Origin: Octopus sinensis
Taxonomy: Eukaryota
Assembly (NCBI RefSeq): GCF_006345805.1
Contig: NC_043001.1
Location: forward strand, 75,206,001-75,270,000
Reading direction: 5' to 3'
Length of the DNA: 64,000 bases
Positions 12,387-25,625 of this stretch are shown here, piece after piece (within the stretch, counting starts at the first letter, position 1; each line of letters opens with the position of its first letter). The position numbers were made by a program, and so were the translations under genes. The notes beneath the pieces were generated by a model. That model saw only the letters and a program-made list of their open reading frames with translations, was not told where the DNA came from and did no database searches.

Positions 12387-12977
12387 AAGTAGCTTGCTTA
12401 CCAACCACATGGTTCCGGGTTCAGTCTTGGGCAAGTGTCTTCTACTATAGCCTCGGGCCAACCAAAACCTTGTGAGTGGATTTGGTAGACGGAAACTGAA
12501 AGAAACCCGTCATATATATGTATATGTATATATATGCTGGTGTGTTTACGTCCTCGTAACTTAGCGATTCGGCAAAAGAGACCGATAGAATAAGTACTAG
12601 GCTTACAAAGAATAAGTCCTGGGGTCAATTTACTCGCAGTCAAATGATTGAAAGAAGTAAAAGAGTAAAAGATAGTAAAAAAAAGGATATACATACATAT
12701 ATGTACATACCTACATATATGTATGTATATACTCTTTCGAAAAAATATTCGTTTTCCATGTTTTTGTTTTTTATGTTCTCGTTTTTCATTTTGTTTACGT
12801 TTTTGACGTTCTGTATCCATATATACATGTATATATACATATATATGTAGGTATGTACATATATATATGTATATATGCATATATATTTTTTATTTATTTA
12901 TTTATTTATTTTATAATATGGCCGAACGCCATGCTTCCATTTCCAAGTAGTTTTTCTGTCTGTCTGTCTGTCGGCTG

Positions 12978-13035
<58 letters not shown>

Positions 13036-14216
13036 TATATATATATATACATACACAAACACACATATGGGGTTTTTATTAAATAAAAACTAGTTAATAA
13101 TGGTAGAAAAGCAGTTTTAAAATAGACCTAACTGAAAAAAAATTTTAATAAGTGCTTTTCACGGTTTTCAGTTTTTCAAATACACGTGATGTAAACCACT
13201 CTGTCCATTTTAGTTACAGATTATATAATTTATTTCTTTAACCATTTTATTCCATTACTTATCGCAATTTAACCTCATGAAAATTTAAATCTACCTAATG
13301 AAATATAGCCAAAAATTCATGTCAATTCCAAATCCTGATACACCATATATGCTAAAACACACTGAGGTATTTTGTAGGTAATTTCGTTCATGGAAGTTCT
13401 TTTGTTGCGGATTCATAGTCTTGGGTGAGTGTTAAACTTGATATTGACATCATATGGACAACACATATTTCACACATTGTACAAATGATGTAGCGTTTAC
13501 AGTGATATTGTAGAAAATAAAGTTTGAAATTTTTCGAAGAAATCACTAACAATGTGACTGAAAAAAAAAGGCGGTTAAATTTCAATGACAGAACTTCTCT
13601 GAGTAAGATGATTTGAAAGAATGTTTATGAGTAAGAAACTGGTTGTTAGCGGTAAATGTGAAACTAGCTTTAAAAAATCTGTCCGGGAGTACTACAATCA
13701 TTATAAAGCTATATTACGTTCGCATTTTCAAAATTGTGAGGCGGTACATAGTGATTCGATGTGTTATAAATAGCAGCCAAAATACCCTCAAATCATCACG
13801 ACAATTCTACAAAGATTTAAGAGAAAGTAAGGATATGTGTACTGAATACATTATACCTGAAAATATAATAGAATAGAGATACTTAGGAAAGAATTGGTCA
13901 CAAGCATGCTCAACAATACCGGTAAGCAGATAAACAATATAGGACGAAAATATTTGTATTTTCTTAGTATCTTTAATTATATTTATATAGTTGATATGAA
14001 AATATGTTTTCTATAAAAAAAATAGTTCACCGTAGTATTTATATTTTAAGTATATACCTAATGGTGATATTATTACCGGCCTTCATGATTGTAAAGAATC
14101 CGTTTCCCAAATAGAAACCGCGGATATAAGAAATTGGAGCTGAAGATTGAATGTTAAGCTAATGTTTGCAACATGTAAGTATTGTATTAATGATGATACG
14201 AAAACATTCCACTCAC

Positions 14217-14386
14217 CATTGAAGCATCTAACTCCAACTAATTCAGATGCTAGACACGTTTGTTGGTCAACAAGATTGTGTTTACAATCACTGATCGATT
14301 TTGATTGCAATGTACAGGTTATATTTTTCATCCATGTTTTAGTAATCGAGCTTGGAAAGTTGCGGCCTGGCACTGAAATTCCAGTT
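14217..14386 (-). CDS. SRCR gene exon 12: domain 6 C-half, TGISVPGRNFPSSITKTWMKNITCTLQSKSISDCKHNLVDQQTCLASELVGVRCFN
   Basis: cttttcAG acceptor, GTGAGT donor; 170 nt; four Cys at canonical spacing, VGVRC. Confidence 0.95.
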
Positions 14387-14454
14387 CTGAAAAGAATACG
14401 CGTTTATTGTCAGTCATTCACTCAACGTTAAATAATATCCAATAGCACATATAA

Positions 14455-14547
<93 letters not shown>

Positions 14548-14665
14548 ATATATGATATATGTATGTATGTATATATATATAGATATATGTATGTATGGAT
14601 ATATATATATATGTATGTATGTATGTATGGTATATATATATAATAGATATATGTATGTATGGATA

Positions 14666-14701
<36 letters not shown>

Positions 14702-14726
14702 TGTATGTATGTATGTATATATATAT

Positions 14727-14770
<44 letters not shown>

Positions 14771-15734
14771 CAATTGCAGCGTGAAGGTGTTTATAAGCCG
14801 TTTAAGAAACACACAAAATCGTTAGATTCACTTCAACATTTAAATTTAATTGGTCCAAATATTTTCGTCGCTTTGAGACTGCGACCTGTTCACTGACAAA
14901 GCTTCGTGCAGCATCTTGATGATACGCAGCACTGCTCTTTCGTCGCAAGATCTACGTCATGCAAAATGTAGCTTACAGTACGCACTGTCTTCCCTATCAA
15001 TCATTTAATGTATATGTATATAATATATATATATATATATAAATACATATACGTATATATATACACACACACACACACACAACACCACACACACACACAC
15101 AACACACACACACACACACACCACACCTATATATATATATATTATATATTATATATATAGATAATCTATATATATATATTCGTGCTTTATCAGTGAACAG
15201 GTCGCGGTCTCAAAGCGACGAAAATATTTTGACAAATTTAAATTATATGTTGAAGTGAATCTAACGGTTTTGTGTGTTTCTTAAATGGCTTATAAACACC
15301 TTCCACGCTGCAATTGTTTTCGTTCCAGCACACGATCTCAGATCAAGTCACTCGCCATACAAGTACAACTCCTATATATATATATTTATTTATATACTAC
15401 ATATATATGTATATATATTATGTATGTATATATGGGCAGTTTTGTTATTACGAAAGTCGCTCAGTTACCCTAGGTGTTGCACAATCTTGCTTCCTTTTGA
15501 ATTTGACGGGAAAACAACTAAAACTCAGGGTCCCCTGGGGTGCAGGTCTGTACTAACAAGCTTTTGACGGTTTTATAAATATTTCAAAATTATTATGCTA
15601 TGATGCTAACTGTTTCCATTATTTTTCCAACCCCTGCATACACCCTCCACACATACATGTCTGTATATATATATATGTGTGTGTGTGTGTGTATACGTAC
15701 ATACATACATATATATGTATATATATTGTATATG

Positions 15735-15787
<53 letters not shown>

Positions 15788-16192
15788 GCACATTAAATGA
15801 TTGATAGGGAGGACAGTGTGTAGTGTAAGCTATATTTTGCATGACGTAGATCTTGCGACGAAAGAGCAGTGCTGCGGGTGACTCTTCGTAGCCGTAAGTG
15901 GTGAACGTGCTCCCAAGGCAAGATACTCGAGACAAACCCAATGCAAGGTTTGGATACTACATTTTACAGTCTCCTCTCTAAATTTTAATTCCAAATATGA
16001 CCTATACACACATACACACAGATGCATATACACCTGTATACATACATACTACATACATACATACATACATACATACATACATACATACATACATACATAC
16101 ATACATACATACATACATACATGCATACATACATACATACATATATACATATATACATACGTACATACACACACACACATATATATATATAT

Positions 16193-16261
<69 letters not shown>

Positions 16262-16270
16262 ATATATATA

Positions 16271-18240
16271 TGCCAAGGAGACATAGACGATGACTACAAC
16301 TCACTGATAGGGAAACTGAAGGAGTGTTTAAGGAAGGCTAAGTATGCCCAAGAGAAAAGAAGGGAAGAATCTCGGAAGAAACTACGAAGTTACTCGAGAA
16401 GAGGAAAAATATGAAGAGGACTATTGAAGATCACCTTGAATATTCCATTCTCAGCAGAGTGATTCGTCACCAACTAAAGAAAGACTTTGAGGCATACCGG
16501 ATGGAGAAGCTCTTGAAAGCCGCAGAGGAAAAGAAGAGCCTCAAGAAATGCAAGAGGGACATGGTACTATATAGATCGGAGGTGAGGGCCCTGAAAAATA
16601 CAGATGGAATACCGGTCAACGAGAAGAGCGAGATGGAAAAAGTTTGTGAAGACTTCCACACCAAGCTCTTTAATTCTACCAGAAATGTCCAGCCGTTACC
16701 ACCACTCCAACAGGAAGAAAACGTGCCACCTATCCTTGTTAGTGAGGTTGAAAGAACCATCGGCCCGATGAAAAACGGAAAGGCTCCAGGGAAAGACGGT
16801 ATAACATCGGAGGTGCTAAAGTCAGGCAGAGAGCAGCTCTGGAAAATCCTCACTGAGCGATTTACGCACTATCCAGACGAGGGAAGAATTCCCTCGCAGT
16901 GGAAAGAGTCAAATACCTTCCTGCTGTATAAGAAGGGCGACAGAGAAGGTCTAAAGAACTACCGACCCATATGCTTGCTGTCTCACGTGTACAAGCTGTT
17001 CACGAAGATAATTCTGAACAGGTTGTCACGTCGTCTCGACGAACAACAACCGAAGGAACAAGCAGGCTTGCGGAAGAACTACAGCACAATGGACCATATA
17101 TTTACTCTAACGCAACTGCTTGAGCGAGCAAATGAGTACAAGCTGCCTCTTTGCGTTGCGTTTATAGATTATGAGAAGGCCTTCGATAGCGTCGAAACCA
17201 ACGCAGTGCTGAACTCGCTGCAGAGGCAAGGAATCGAAGCGCAATATGTGCAGCTGCTCAGAGAAGCAAATTCCGGATGCACCACCGACATAGCTCTACT
17301 GTCATCACCCATACGAGTGCCGGTCGAGAAGGGAGTGAAGCAAGGAGATACAATCTCCCCAAAACTTTTCACTGCATGTCTCGAACAGATCATCAGAGGC
17401 ATCGACTGGCAAGGTGGTGTCAACATCAATGGCGAGCTCCTCACTCACCTCCGTTTCGCTGACGACATCGTACTCATCACTGAAAATATGGATCAGCTTC
17501 AGACCATGCTGACGGAGCTCGATATCAAAAGTTCTGCAGTAGGTCTCAAGATGAACCGCATGAAAACAAAGTCCATGCGGTCAGACAATGTACCAACAGG
17601 TCGAATGGTGATCGGCAGTGATGAAATAGAGGAGGTGAGGGAATATGTCTACCTAGGACAGGAAGTAAATATGTGCCGGAATATCAAAAAGGAGATCTCA
17701 CGGAGAGTAAGGGCCGGATGGAAGGCGTTCAATGGCATAAGGGATGTGCTCAAGGGAAGGTTGGACAGGACACCCGCGCCAACCTCATTAACAGTGCAGT
17801 TCTGCCTGCAATGTTATATGGTAGTGAAACATGGGCTGCCACAAAGAGAGAAGAGCAAAGACTGGTAACGGCTCGAAGAGCCATGGAAAGGTCAATGCTT
17901 GGTATCTCGTTGAGAGAGCACATAAGTAGCAAGATCAACAGAAAGAAGTCCGGCGTGAGAGATGTCATCGCAGAGTATACACGCAGCAAGTATAGATGGG
18001 CTGTACACGTCGCCCGGCTAACCGATAATCGGTGGACGCACGCAGCTGTCGAGTGGTACCCGCGTGAGCGGAAAATACCACCCGGAAGACCTCCACGACG
18101 GTGGAGTTACGATTTCAGGGGGACAATTGGGATCACGTGGATGAGAAAGGCGCGATCCAGAGAGGAGTGGACCGCGTGCTGTGACCAGCGGTGTCAAATG
18201 GACGCCTGACGGACTGGTCGGTCAAGGTGATCAAGGTGAT
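16271..18240 (+). mobile_element. 5'-truncated RTE-clade LINE (RT domain), one frameshift near 17775
   Basis: ORF 16411-17868: NYRPICLL, EQAGLRK, DYEKAFDS, GVKQGDTISP, HLRFADD, YVYLG; C-terminus in 17673-18209 (MLYGSETW, GRPPRRW); short tandem tail (tcaaggtga)2; (TA)n on both sides. Confidence 0.95.
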
Positions 18241-18249
18241 ATATATATT

Positions 18250-18298
<49 letters not shown>

Positions 18299-18309
18299 TA
18301 TATATATTT

Positions 18310-19831
18310 ACGGGCTACCTAAAATACTCAGAGCAAGATAATTAATGAAGCCTGCAAAGATCACCAAGCAAATACATAAATAGCTTAGCGCCAGGAGATT
18401 TAAAGTTAAGACCCATTATAGCTGGCCCAGCCTGTGCAGTTTTCTAGACATCCTACTTAAATCCTTGCTGAAATATATCAAAAGGTTCATTAGAGATAAT
18501 CAAGACATGTTTGAGCACCTACCAAAAACAGCTAATGAAGAGACATTATTGGCTTCCTTCGATGCTGTTAATTTAATCTTTACATCAATATCCTATATGA
18601 CTATGAAATAGAAGCAATAAATGTATTGTTGGCAGGAAAAGTATCCCGAAGTACTTCCGGAACGCATAAACCAGGTTTTTATTATTGAAACTTTATACTT
18701 CAGAAGAATTATTTCCTATTTGGTGACATCTACTATCGTCAAAAATGCAGAATTGCGATGGGAACGAAAGCAGCCTCTGTACTTGAGAACCTAATAAAGG
18801 GATATTTTGAATTCGCCATATATGAAGTGTTACAGCAAAAATATGGATATCCATTTCACGAACAGTTTTTCGAAATCAGTAACAGAAGTCACTAGAAAAA
18901 CTCTTATATATTTGCATACAGGCTTTCCCTTTCATCGTGATCCGGTGAATACCGCCCGTTGATAAGAGGCAACAACCTCGAAACTGTCAGTCCGGTGCGT
19001 ATCACTTAGGCATACGAGAAAGAGATGGCCTCCCTTTGCAAATACCACAAGGGCACAGATAGTGTGCCTAAAGCGATATCGATGTGGTTAGCGATATCGA
19101 AATGGCTATTATACTTTACATTATCGAGCGATTACTGTTTACATCTCGTTCTGAGATTTAATAATGCTTTGATAAACTGTTGGAATTTAAATCAATACTA
19201 AATAATATAATCCCTAACATTCAATTTACAATTGAATATAGCAAAGAACAGCTCCCTCTGACATTTCTCACAAACCAACGCACTCAAAACAATATCTCCT
19301 GTTTAGCTCATGCTATCCAATACACACCAAAAGAAATACCCGATTTAATGTAGCAAAAATGATTTGCACAATAGTGTCTGATGGAAATACTCGGGACCTT
19401 CTTCTTCAAGACCTCAAAACAACACTTACTGAAAGACAATATCCACCCAAAGTTATAGACGATGGAATTAAGCGTGCTAAGAAATTAGCATTAAAACACT
19501 AAGGGTAACAAAACGTAACATCACACCTCATCTCAAAACACTACCGTATATATCAACTCACAACCCTAGAAACAATGAGGCATACAACACTCTTGTACAA
19601 AAACCTACCTATGCCAAAATGAACAACATTCTGAAAACATAAATTCATTGAATGCAAAAAGTAACACAAATCGCTGAAAAGACCTCTAACAAATGCGAAC
19701 CTTTACACAACAACCACGAAACCAACGGTTAAAAAATGTGGACGCTCAAAATGTGGAACTTACTCCAACGTACTTGAAGCCTCGGAATTCCTATTCAAGC
19801 AAGGAGAGAGGTTCACAATTAAAACCAACTA

Positions 19832-19867
<36 letters not shown>

Positions 19868-20110
19868 TGTATGTATGTATGTATGTATGTATGTACGTAT
19901 GTATGTATGTGCGTGTGTGTATGTGTGTGTGTGTGTATGCAAAAGTATAGAGAATTGATTTGTTCTGCAAAACCATACAGATCTGGAAACTCCAAAATGT
20001 GACCTATGTTTAGAAGAATTCTACCGGATTTTTACATTCAAGGGTAATGTAATAAATTATAGACAGAAAGAAGCTCCGAGATGCTTGCACATGAGGAAAT
20101 TCACGTTTGC
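18310..20110 (+). mobile_element. Decayed Penelope-like element (RT remnants and C-terminal GIY-YIG-associated motif)
   Basis: Fragments DLKLRPIIAGPAC, LLASFDAVNL, YYRQKCRIAMGTKAA and KCDLCLEE..RCLHMRKF; many stops. Confidence 0.7.
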
Positions 20111-20201
20111 CAACTATAAATGAATAATAAACATTTAAATAATAGGGTGGTTTGAAATAATGGACTATTAGTGAGTGTCCAATCTAAGCTTGAAATAAAG
20201 G

Positions 20202-20276
<75 letters not shown>

Positions 20277-20295
20277 TATATTTTTTTTTTTTTTT

Positions 20296-20505
20296 CTTTC
20301 TTTTACTTGTTTCAGTCATTTGACTGCGGCCATGCTGGAGCACCACCTTTAGTCGAGCAACTCGACCCCGGGACTTATTCTTTTTGTAAGCCAGTACTTA
20401 TTCTCTCGGTCTCTTTTTGCCGAACCGCTAGTGACGGGGACGTAAACACACCAGCATCGGTTATCAAGCAATGCTAGGGGAACAAACAGACACACATACA
20501 CACAC

Positions 20506-20551
<46 letters not shown>

Positions 20552-20714
20552 GACAGGCTTCTTTCAGTTTCCGTCTACCAAATCCACTCACAAGGCATTG
20601 GTCGGCCCGGGGCTATAGCAGAAGACACTTGCCCAAGATGCCAGGCAGTGGGATTGAACCCGGAACCATGTGGTAGGTAAACAAGCTAGTTACCACACAG
20701 CCACTCCTGCGCCT
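20296..20714 (-). mobile_element. SINE family A copy
   Basis: Close match by eye to 1780-2193. Confidence 0.85.
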
Positions 20715-20909
20715 ATATATATGCACATGTAAACAAAGAGGGATTAATAAGGGATTAGTATTCCAGGAAGTTGAGTTGTTTTGGCTCTGAAGATGATTAC
20801 CTGTCGGTAATAGTACCCATATTTTCAGTCGATCATCTAATCGATTGATAAGACTGAACCATGGATATAACAACCCGTATTTCTGATTTTGTTTATATAT
20901 ATATATATA

Positions 20910-23301
20910 TCTATATATAAAACTGAAATGCGTTTTTACCGCTTGGATCGCTTTCAATGCCACTACATCCCGTCCGATTCGCTCCAAAATTTACAGGGAC
21001 ATGTAGAATGAGGTGACGATGCGCGTGGGCTACCTTAGAAATCCCTATCTTAAAAGGTGTGGTCGCTAGGGGCCATCTTCCTCACTCACCCTACTTCCTC
21101 CAGTACTCTGTCACTCCTCTTCATTTGACAATGCCACTACGGTTATTTAATGTAAAGTCTTCCTCAAATCACTCTCTCGCTGTTTCCTCTCTTCCAAGAA
21201 CATTTTCACTCACTCTTATCTCTTAGCTTCCCATACATTTTACTCATGTATCTATCAGTTTCATAGACAGAAATAAATATTACATCGCCATCGCCATCGC
21301 ATTCTATTGTCTACCTGTCAACACACACACACACACACACATATATACATATATCTAATATTATATTTTTATTTTTGTTTTTGTTTTTGTTTTTTTACTG
21401 TTTCATTTCCCTATTAGTGGTTTTATCTCTAATTTAATTTCTACAGCGTGCACACACACACACACACACACACACCTATATGTGGCCCCAGTACACCCGA
21501 ATGAAATCGGGTTCTCTTCATCAAAATGTGAAAAGGGGTCTACAATTATCATCGCCACAACTTATGTATGTCTTCCTCACTCACTCACTCTTTTTCCTAA
21601 TGATAATTATCATCGCCACCACCAACACCACCAACACACAATCATGACAATCTTTCTCTTAAAACAAATCATGTTTACATTGCAAAATATTTCATTTTCC
21701 CGTCCTCTCTTTCATATATCACCTTTTCTTTGTCGAGCTCTCTCTTTTTTCGCCGTCTCTATTTATTCTACAACGAGTCTATCAATGACAGCCGCAAAAG
21801 TTTCAATATTCCTACTTCACCTCTTTCAGAAACGCTACAAATATTTTTTTTTTGCCAGGGTTAAAGCCCACTACATCCCGTCGGATTCACTCCAAAATTT
21901 ACACCTTCTCTTTCTACCTCTAACTCCCATTCAATTTCTCTTTATCTCCATTTTTAAAGATAATTATCATCGCCACCACCACCACCACCAACACACAATC
22001 TGGACAATCTTTCTCTTATAACAAATCATATTTACATTGCAACGACGTCTGCCACCTCCGCCGTCTCTATTTATTCTGCAAATGACCAGAACTCGGGAAA
22101 CTTGGTTTAGTGTTCTATGGTCTATGACCAGAACTCGGGAAACTTGGTTGAGTGTTCTATGGTCTATGACCAGAACTCGGGAAACTTGCTTGACTGTTCT
22201 ATGGTCTATGACCAGAAATCGGGAAACTTGGTTGAGTGTTCTATGGTCTATGACCAGAACTTGGGAAACTTGGTTGAGTCCTCATCTTATAAAATGTGGC
22301 CCCAGTAGACCCAAATGAAATCGGGTTATATTAACCAAAAGGTGAAAAGGGGTATAAATGGGGCTGGAAGGGGATTAAAATTTAAAGGAGCGGGTGTTTA
22401 GCAATTCTCTGTTACATCAAGCTAAAAAGTTTGCGCCAGCCTTTTAATCGTCAATGTGTTGCCGTCTACTGTCGTGAGAAAGAATCAAGTCAAAACTTGG
22501 TTTTTAGGGATTTTCAACATTTTACGCCAGCCGTTGAACTGTCAATACGTTGCTGTCCGTCGTTAAGAAATGCCAGCCATGGTGACTCTACTATCCTCAA
22601 ATTCTATCCCTTCAAACTTTGGTTTCCAATATTTTATTATTTTTATTCAGCTCGCAAGTTCGTCTGTCCCTTTTAAATGTTAGTATTTTGCTGTCTGTCT
22701 TGAAGCAGACCTTTCCTTTGTAACTGCCTGATATTTATGATTGATCTTTCTAAATATTTTATTTCTCAACTTACTCAAGATCTTTTGTTGTTTATAAATG
22801 GGAGAGAGATACGTAAAGATAGAGAGTAAGAGAAAGCGAGGGAGAGTCCGAGAGAAAGGAAGAGTAAGAGAGTGGGAAAGTGAGAAAGAAAGGAGAAAGA
22901 AACAAAGAGGGAGAATTATCATCATCATCATCATCGTTTAACGTCCGTTTTCCGTGTTAGCACGGGTTGGACAGTTTGACAGGGGTCTGGGAAGCCAGGA
23001 GGCTGCATCAGGCTCCAGTCTGATCTGGCAGTGTTTCGACAGGTGGATGCCCTTCCTAACGCCAACCACTCTGTGAGCGTAGTGGGTGCTTTTTTCGTGC
23101 CGCCTGCACAGGTGCCAGGGGGGGGGGGCTGGCAGCGGCCACGATCGGTTGGTGCTTTTTACGTGCCACCAGCACAGAAGCCAGTCAAGGCGGCGCTGCA
23201 ATCCGCCACGTTCGGATGGTGCTTTTTATGTGCTGAAAGGAAGCAACAGAAAGTAACAACCACACTCTTACCCGCGCGTAGAGCGGGTCACCTTCAGCTA
23301 G
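20910..23301 (+). mobile_element. Composite non-autonomous Helitron-type element
   Basis: 5' TCtatatataaaactgaaatg; 3' hairpin acccgc-gcgtaga-gcgggt followed by CTAG-T; internal duplications, a 42-bp minisatellite and a nested SINE-like insert (22935-23225). Confidence 0.6.
22082..22279. repeat. 42-bp minisatellite, ~4.7 copies
   Basis: Unit atgaccagaactcgggaaacttggttgagtgttctatggtct, head to tail with no spacers. Confidence 0.92.
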
Positions 23302-24144
23302 TATATATATATATAGATTTTGAAAATTTCTTTGCTAATAGTGGTCTAGCGAGAAGAAAAAAAAACTAGTCAATAGACTATATATTATTCATATAAAAAT
23401 ACAGTGTACATTTAAACACATAAGAGATGGCCGTAACAGAACATCTGACCCGCTTGAAGGAGTAGTTAAACTCCAAACCACTATTAGGGTTAATTTCGAA
23501 AGGGAATGAAAAATATAAACATTTATCCGCAATTTCCTGTACTATGTTTTCAAGCTATCTTCAGCAAATAAAATAATTTACTAGGCGAAGTTCTTATCAA
23601 CAGGAAAGCTAAGATTGGCTTTCTCAAAATAAGAACAACATTAAAAAAGTGAACATGAATATATCGTGCGTGTGTTTGTTTGCCAAAAATAAAATGACTA
23701 TCCTGAAATTTAATTTTCAACACATTAGTGATATTGCAAAACAAATACATGAACGTACACACACACACAGACATGAGCGCGCGCATACACACACACACAT
23801 ACATGTGCTCTCTCTCTCTCAAACACACATACACATAAGTATGTATTTATGTATGTATATAAACATTGCCAGAAACACTAACCTGAATAGCTTATTAGCT
23901 GTCTGTCTTCAATAATGAATGAAGTATTCTTTCAAGATTGTAAGCTTTTTATATTCAACAATGTTTTGTATGCGAGTGGTAAAATAAGAATATTATAAAT
24001 CGTTGATGCTGATGATCTAGTAAATTCACACAATGTCGTCTTATTTTCAGTATTTGATGGTAATGAATGCGATTATTCATTATAACAGCAAAAAAAAAAA
24101 AAAAAAATACGGAAGTATTGCAAATGGTAAACGCTATTACTTAC

Positions 24145-24280
24145 TGAAATCCAAGCGCATTGCAGGCAAGTTTTGCACCCGTATTGTTCCACGAAGTACT
24201 GCATAGATTTCCCCAAACTCCATTTATATTTACCTCTAGACGACCTTCGTTTTCATTTTTTCCAATGACTCGATAGATTT
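24145..24280 (-). CDS. SRCR gene exon 11: domain 6 N-half, IYRVIGKNENEGRLEVNINGVWGNLCSTSWNNTGAKLACNALGF
   Basis: tctttAG acceptor, GTAAGT donor; 136 nt; EGRLEV..NG.WG.LC...W. Confidence 0.96.
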
Positions 24281-25152
24281 CTAAAGAAAAACGTCAAAAT
24301 TACAAAACTTTGTTAGAAAAACAATTGAATATTTCGTAATTAAGCTCCCATTTCGGGCTTACTCTGTTAGTAACAGTACACATTAAAAAATTTGAAAGTT
24401 CTGAATTCTCTATTAATTTAACGTTGGCGTTGTGAGAATTTCAATGTCTTTTAACATTCAGTTTTAATATTTTACACTCTTGATTGGGAAATGAAATCGG
24501 TTACATCTCAAACAAAAGTCAACAAACAAGAAATGATCTATCAAGAGAATCCTTACCTCATTGATCGAAAGCATAAAGACGATATGTTTACATTCTTGTA
24601 TTTTTCTCACAGCTAGGTTTGCTAATGATTAAATTTATTTCAGCCCTTTTGATCCTTGCTACACTTTCCGTAAAATATATATGGTTTCTTCTTAAAATTT
24701 ACGAATTTTATTTCAATTTATAAATTTTATCCAAATTAAATACAAACTTTGATATCGAGAATTAATTAGAAGTGCTTAATATGAAAGAGGACGAAGGTGT
24801 CCGTTTGTGTAGAGTTAAGAAATATAAAGAGTATAACGTAAATATAACTTCAGTGAAAAAATTTTTTACAGAATAAGACAATTCTAGAAAGCAGTAATCT
24901 AATGTAAAATAGTCACTTAATTTAACATATTAAATATTAGGCGAATAAGGCGCCCTAAATCAACAGAAAGCATTACAAAACCACAAGGAGCACCACATTG
25001 AAAATAATGCCATCTTACGTCTCTTGGTTAACCACCAGTTGCAGAACCCAAGTAGTTAATTTTTGGAACTCTAAAATTTTATAATACACTCGACAAAAAC
25101 ATTTAATTTTCCTTTCTCAAACATTCCTATTTAGCCAGTATTCATTACTTAC

Positions 25153-25304
25153 CATTTGCACATCTAATAAATGGTACATATGCGCCTCCGTACCCACATG
25201 GTTGATAGTTGATTATCCAAGTATCATTGAACATAGCGATAAGATCAATGCACGAAAGTTTTGGAGATGTAGGGAAGTTGATATACTCTAATGTTGTACC
25301 CGTG
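25153..25304 (-). CDS. SRCR gene exon 10: divergent domain 5 C-half, TGTTLEYINFPTSPKLSCIDLIAMFNDTWIINYQPCGYGGAYVPFIRCAN
   Basis: attccAG acceptor, GTAAGT donor; 152 nt, phase 2 to 1; begins TG like the other C-halves and ends I.C; restores frame between exons 9 and 11. Confidence 0.8.
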
Positions 25305-25370
25305 CTGGAATATAATAGTAATAATAACAAGAAGAAGAAGAAGAAGAAGAAGAACAACAACAACAACAAC

Positions 25371-25410
<40 letters not shown>

Positions 25411-25625
25411 GTTTCAAATTTTACCACAAGGTTAGCCATTTTGGAGGAGGGGATGAGTCGCTTACATCGACCCCAGTGTTTTACTGGTGCTTAATTTATT
25501 TAATAATGAGGTGAGGGGTATGATGTTGATTACTTCGACCTCGGTGCCAACAATTTTGCAAGCTCACCGCCTTCATAAACAAAAACCACAACAAAACAAC
25601 AACAACAATAAAAACAATAATAATA

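Noticed and set aside
10248-12672. tRNA genes at SINE heads
   Set aside because: A- and B-box-like motifs are present, but there is no complete cloverleaf and they continue into SINE bodies.
22082-22279. 42-bp repeats as a CRISPR array
   Set aside because: The units are contiguous with no unique spacers; eukaryotic context and no cas genes.
23380-23500. Minus-strand FKRVRCSVTAISYVFKC resembling an SRCR C-half
   Set aside because: Cys spacing is 10 rather than 9, there is no good acceptor or donor, and a stop follows; 14217-14386 fits far better.
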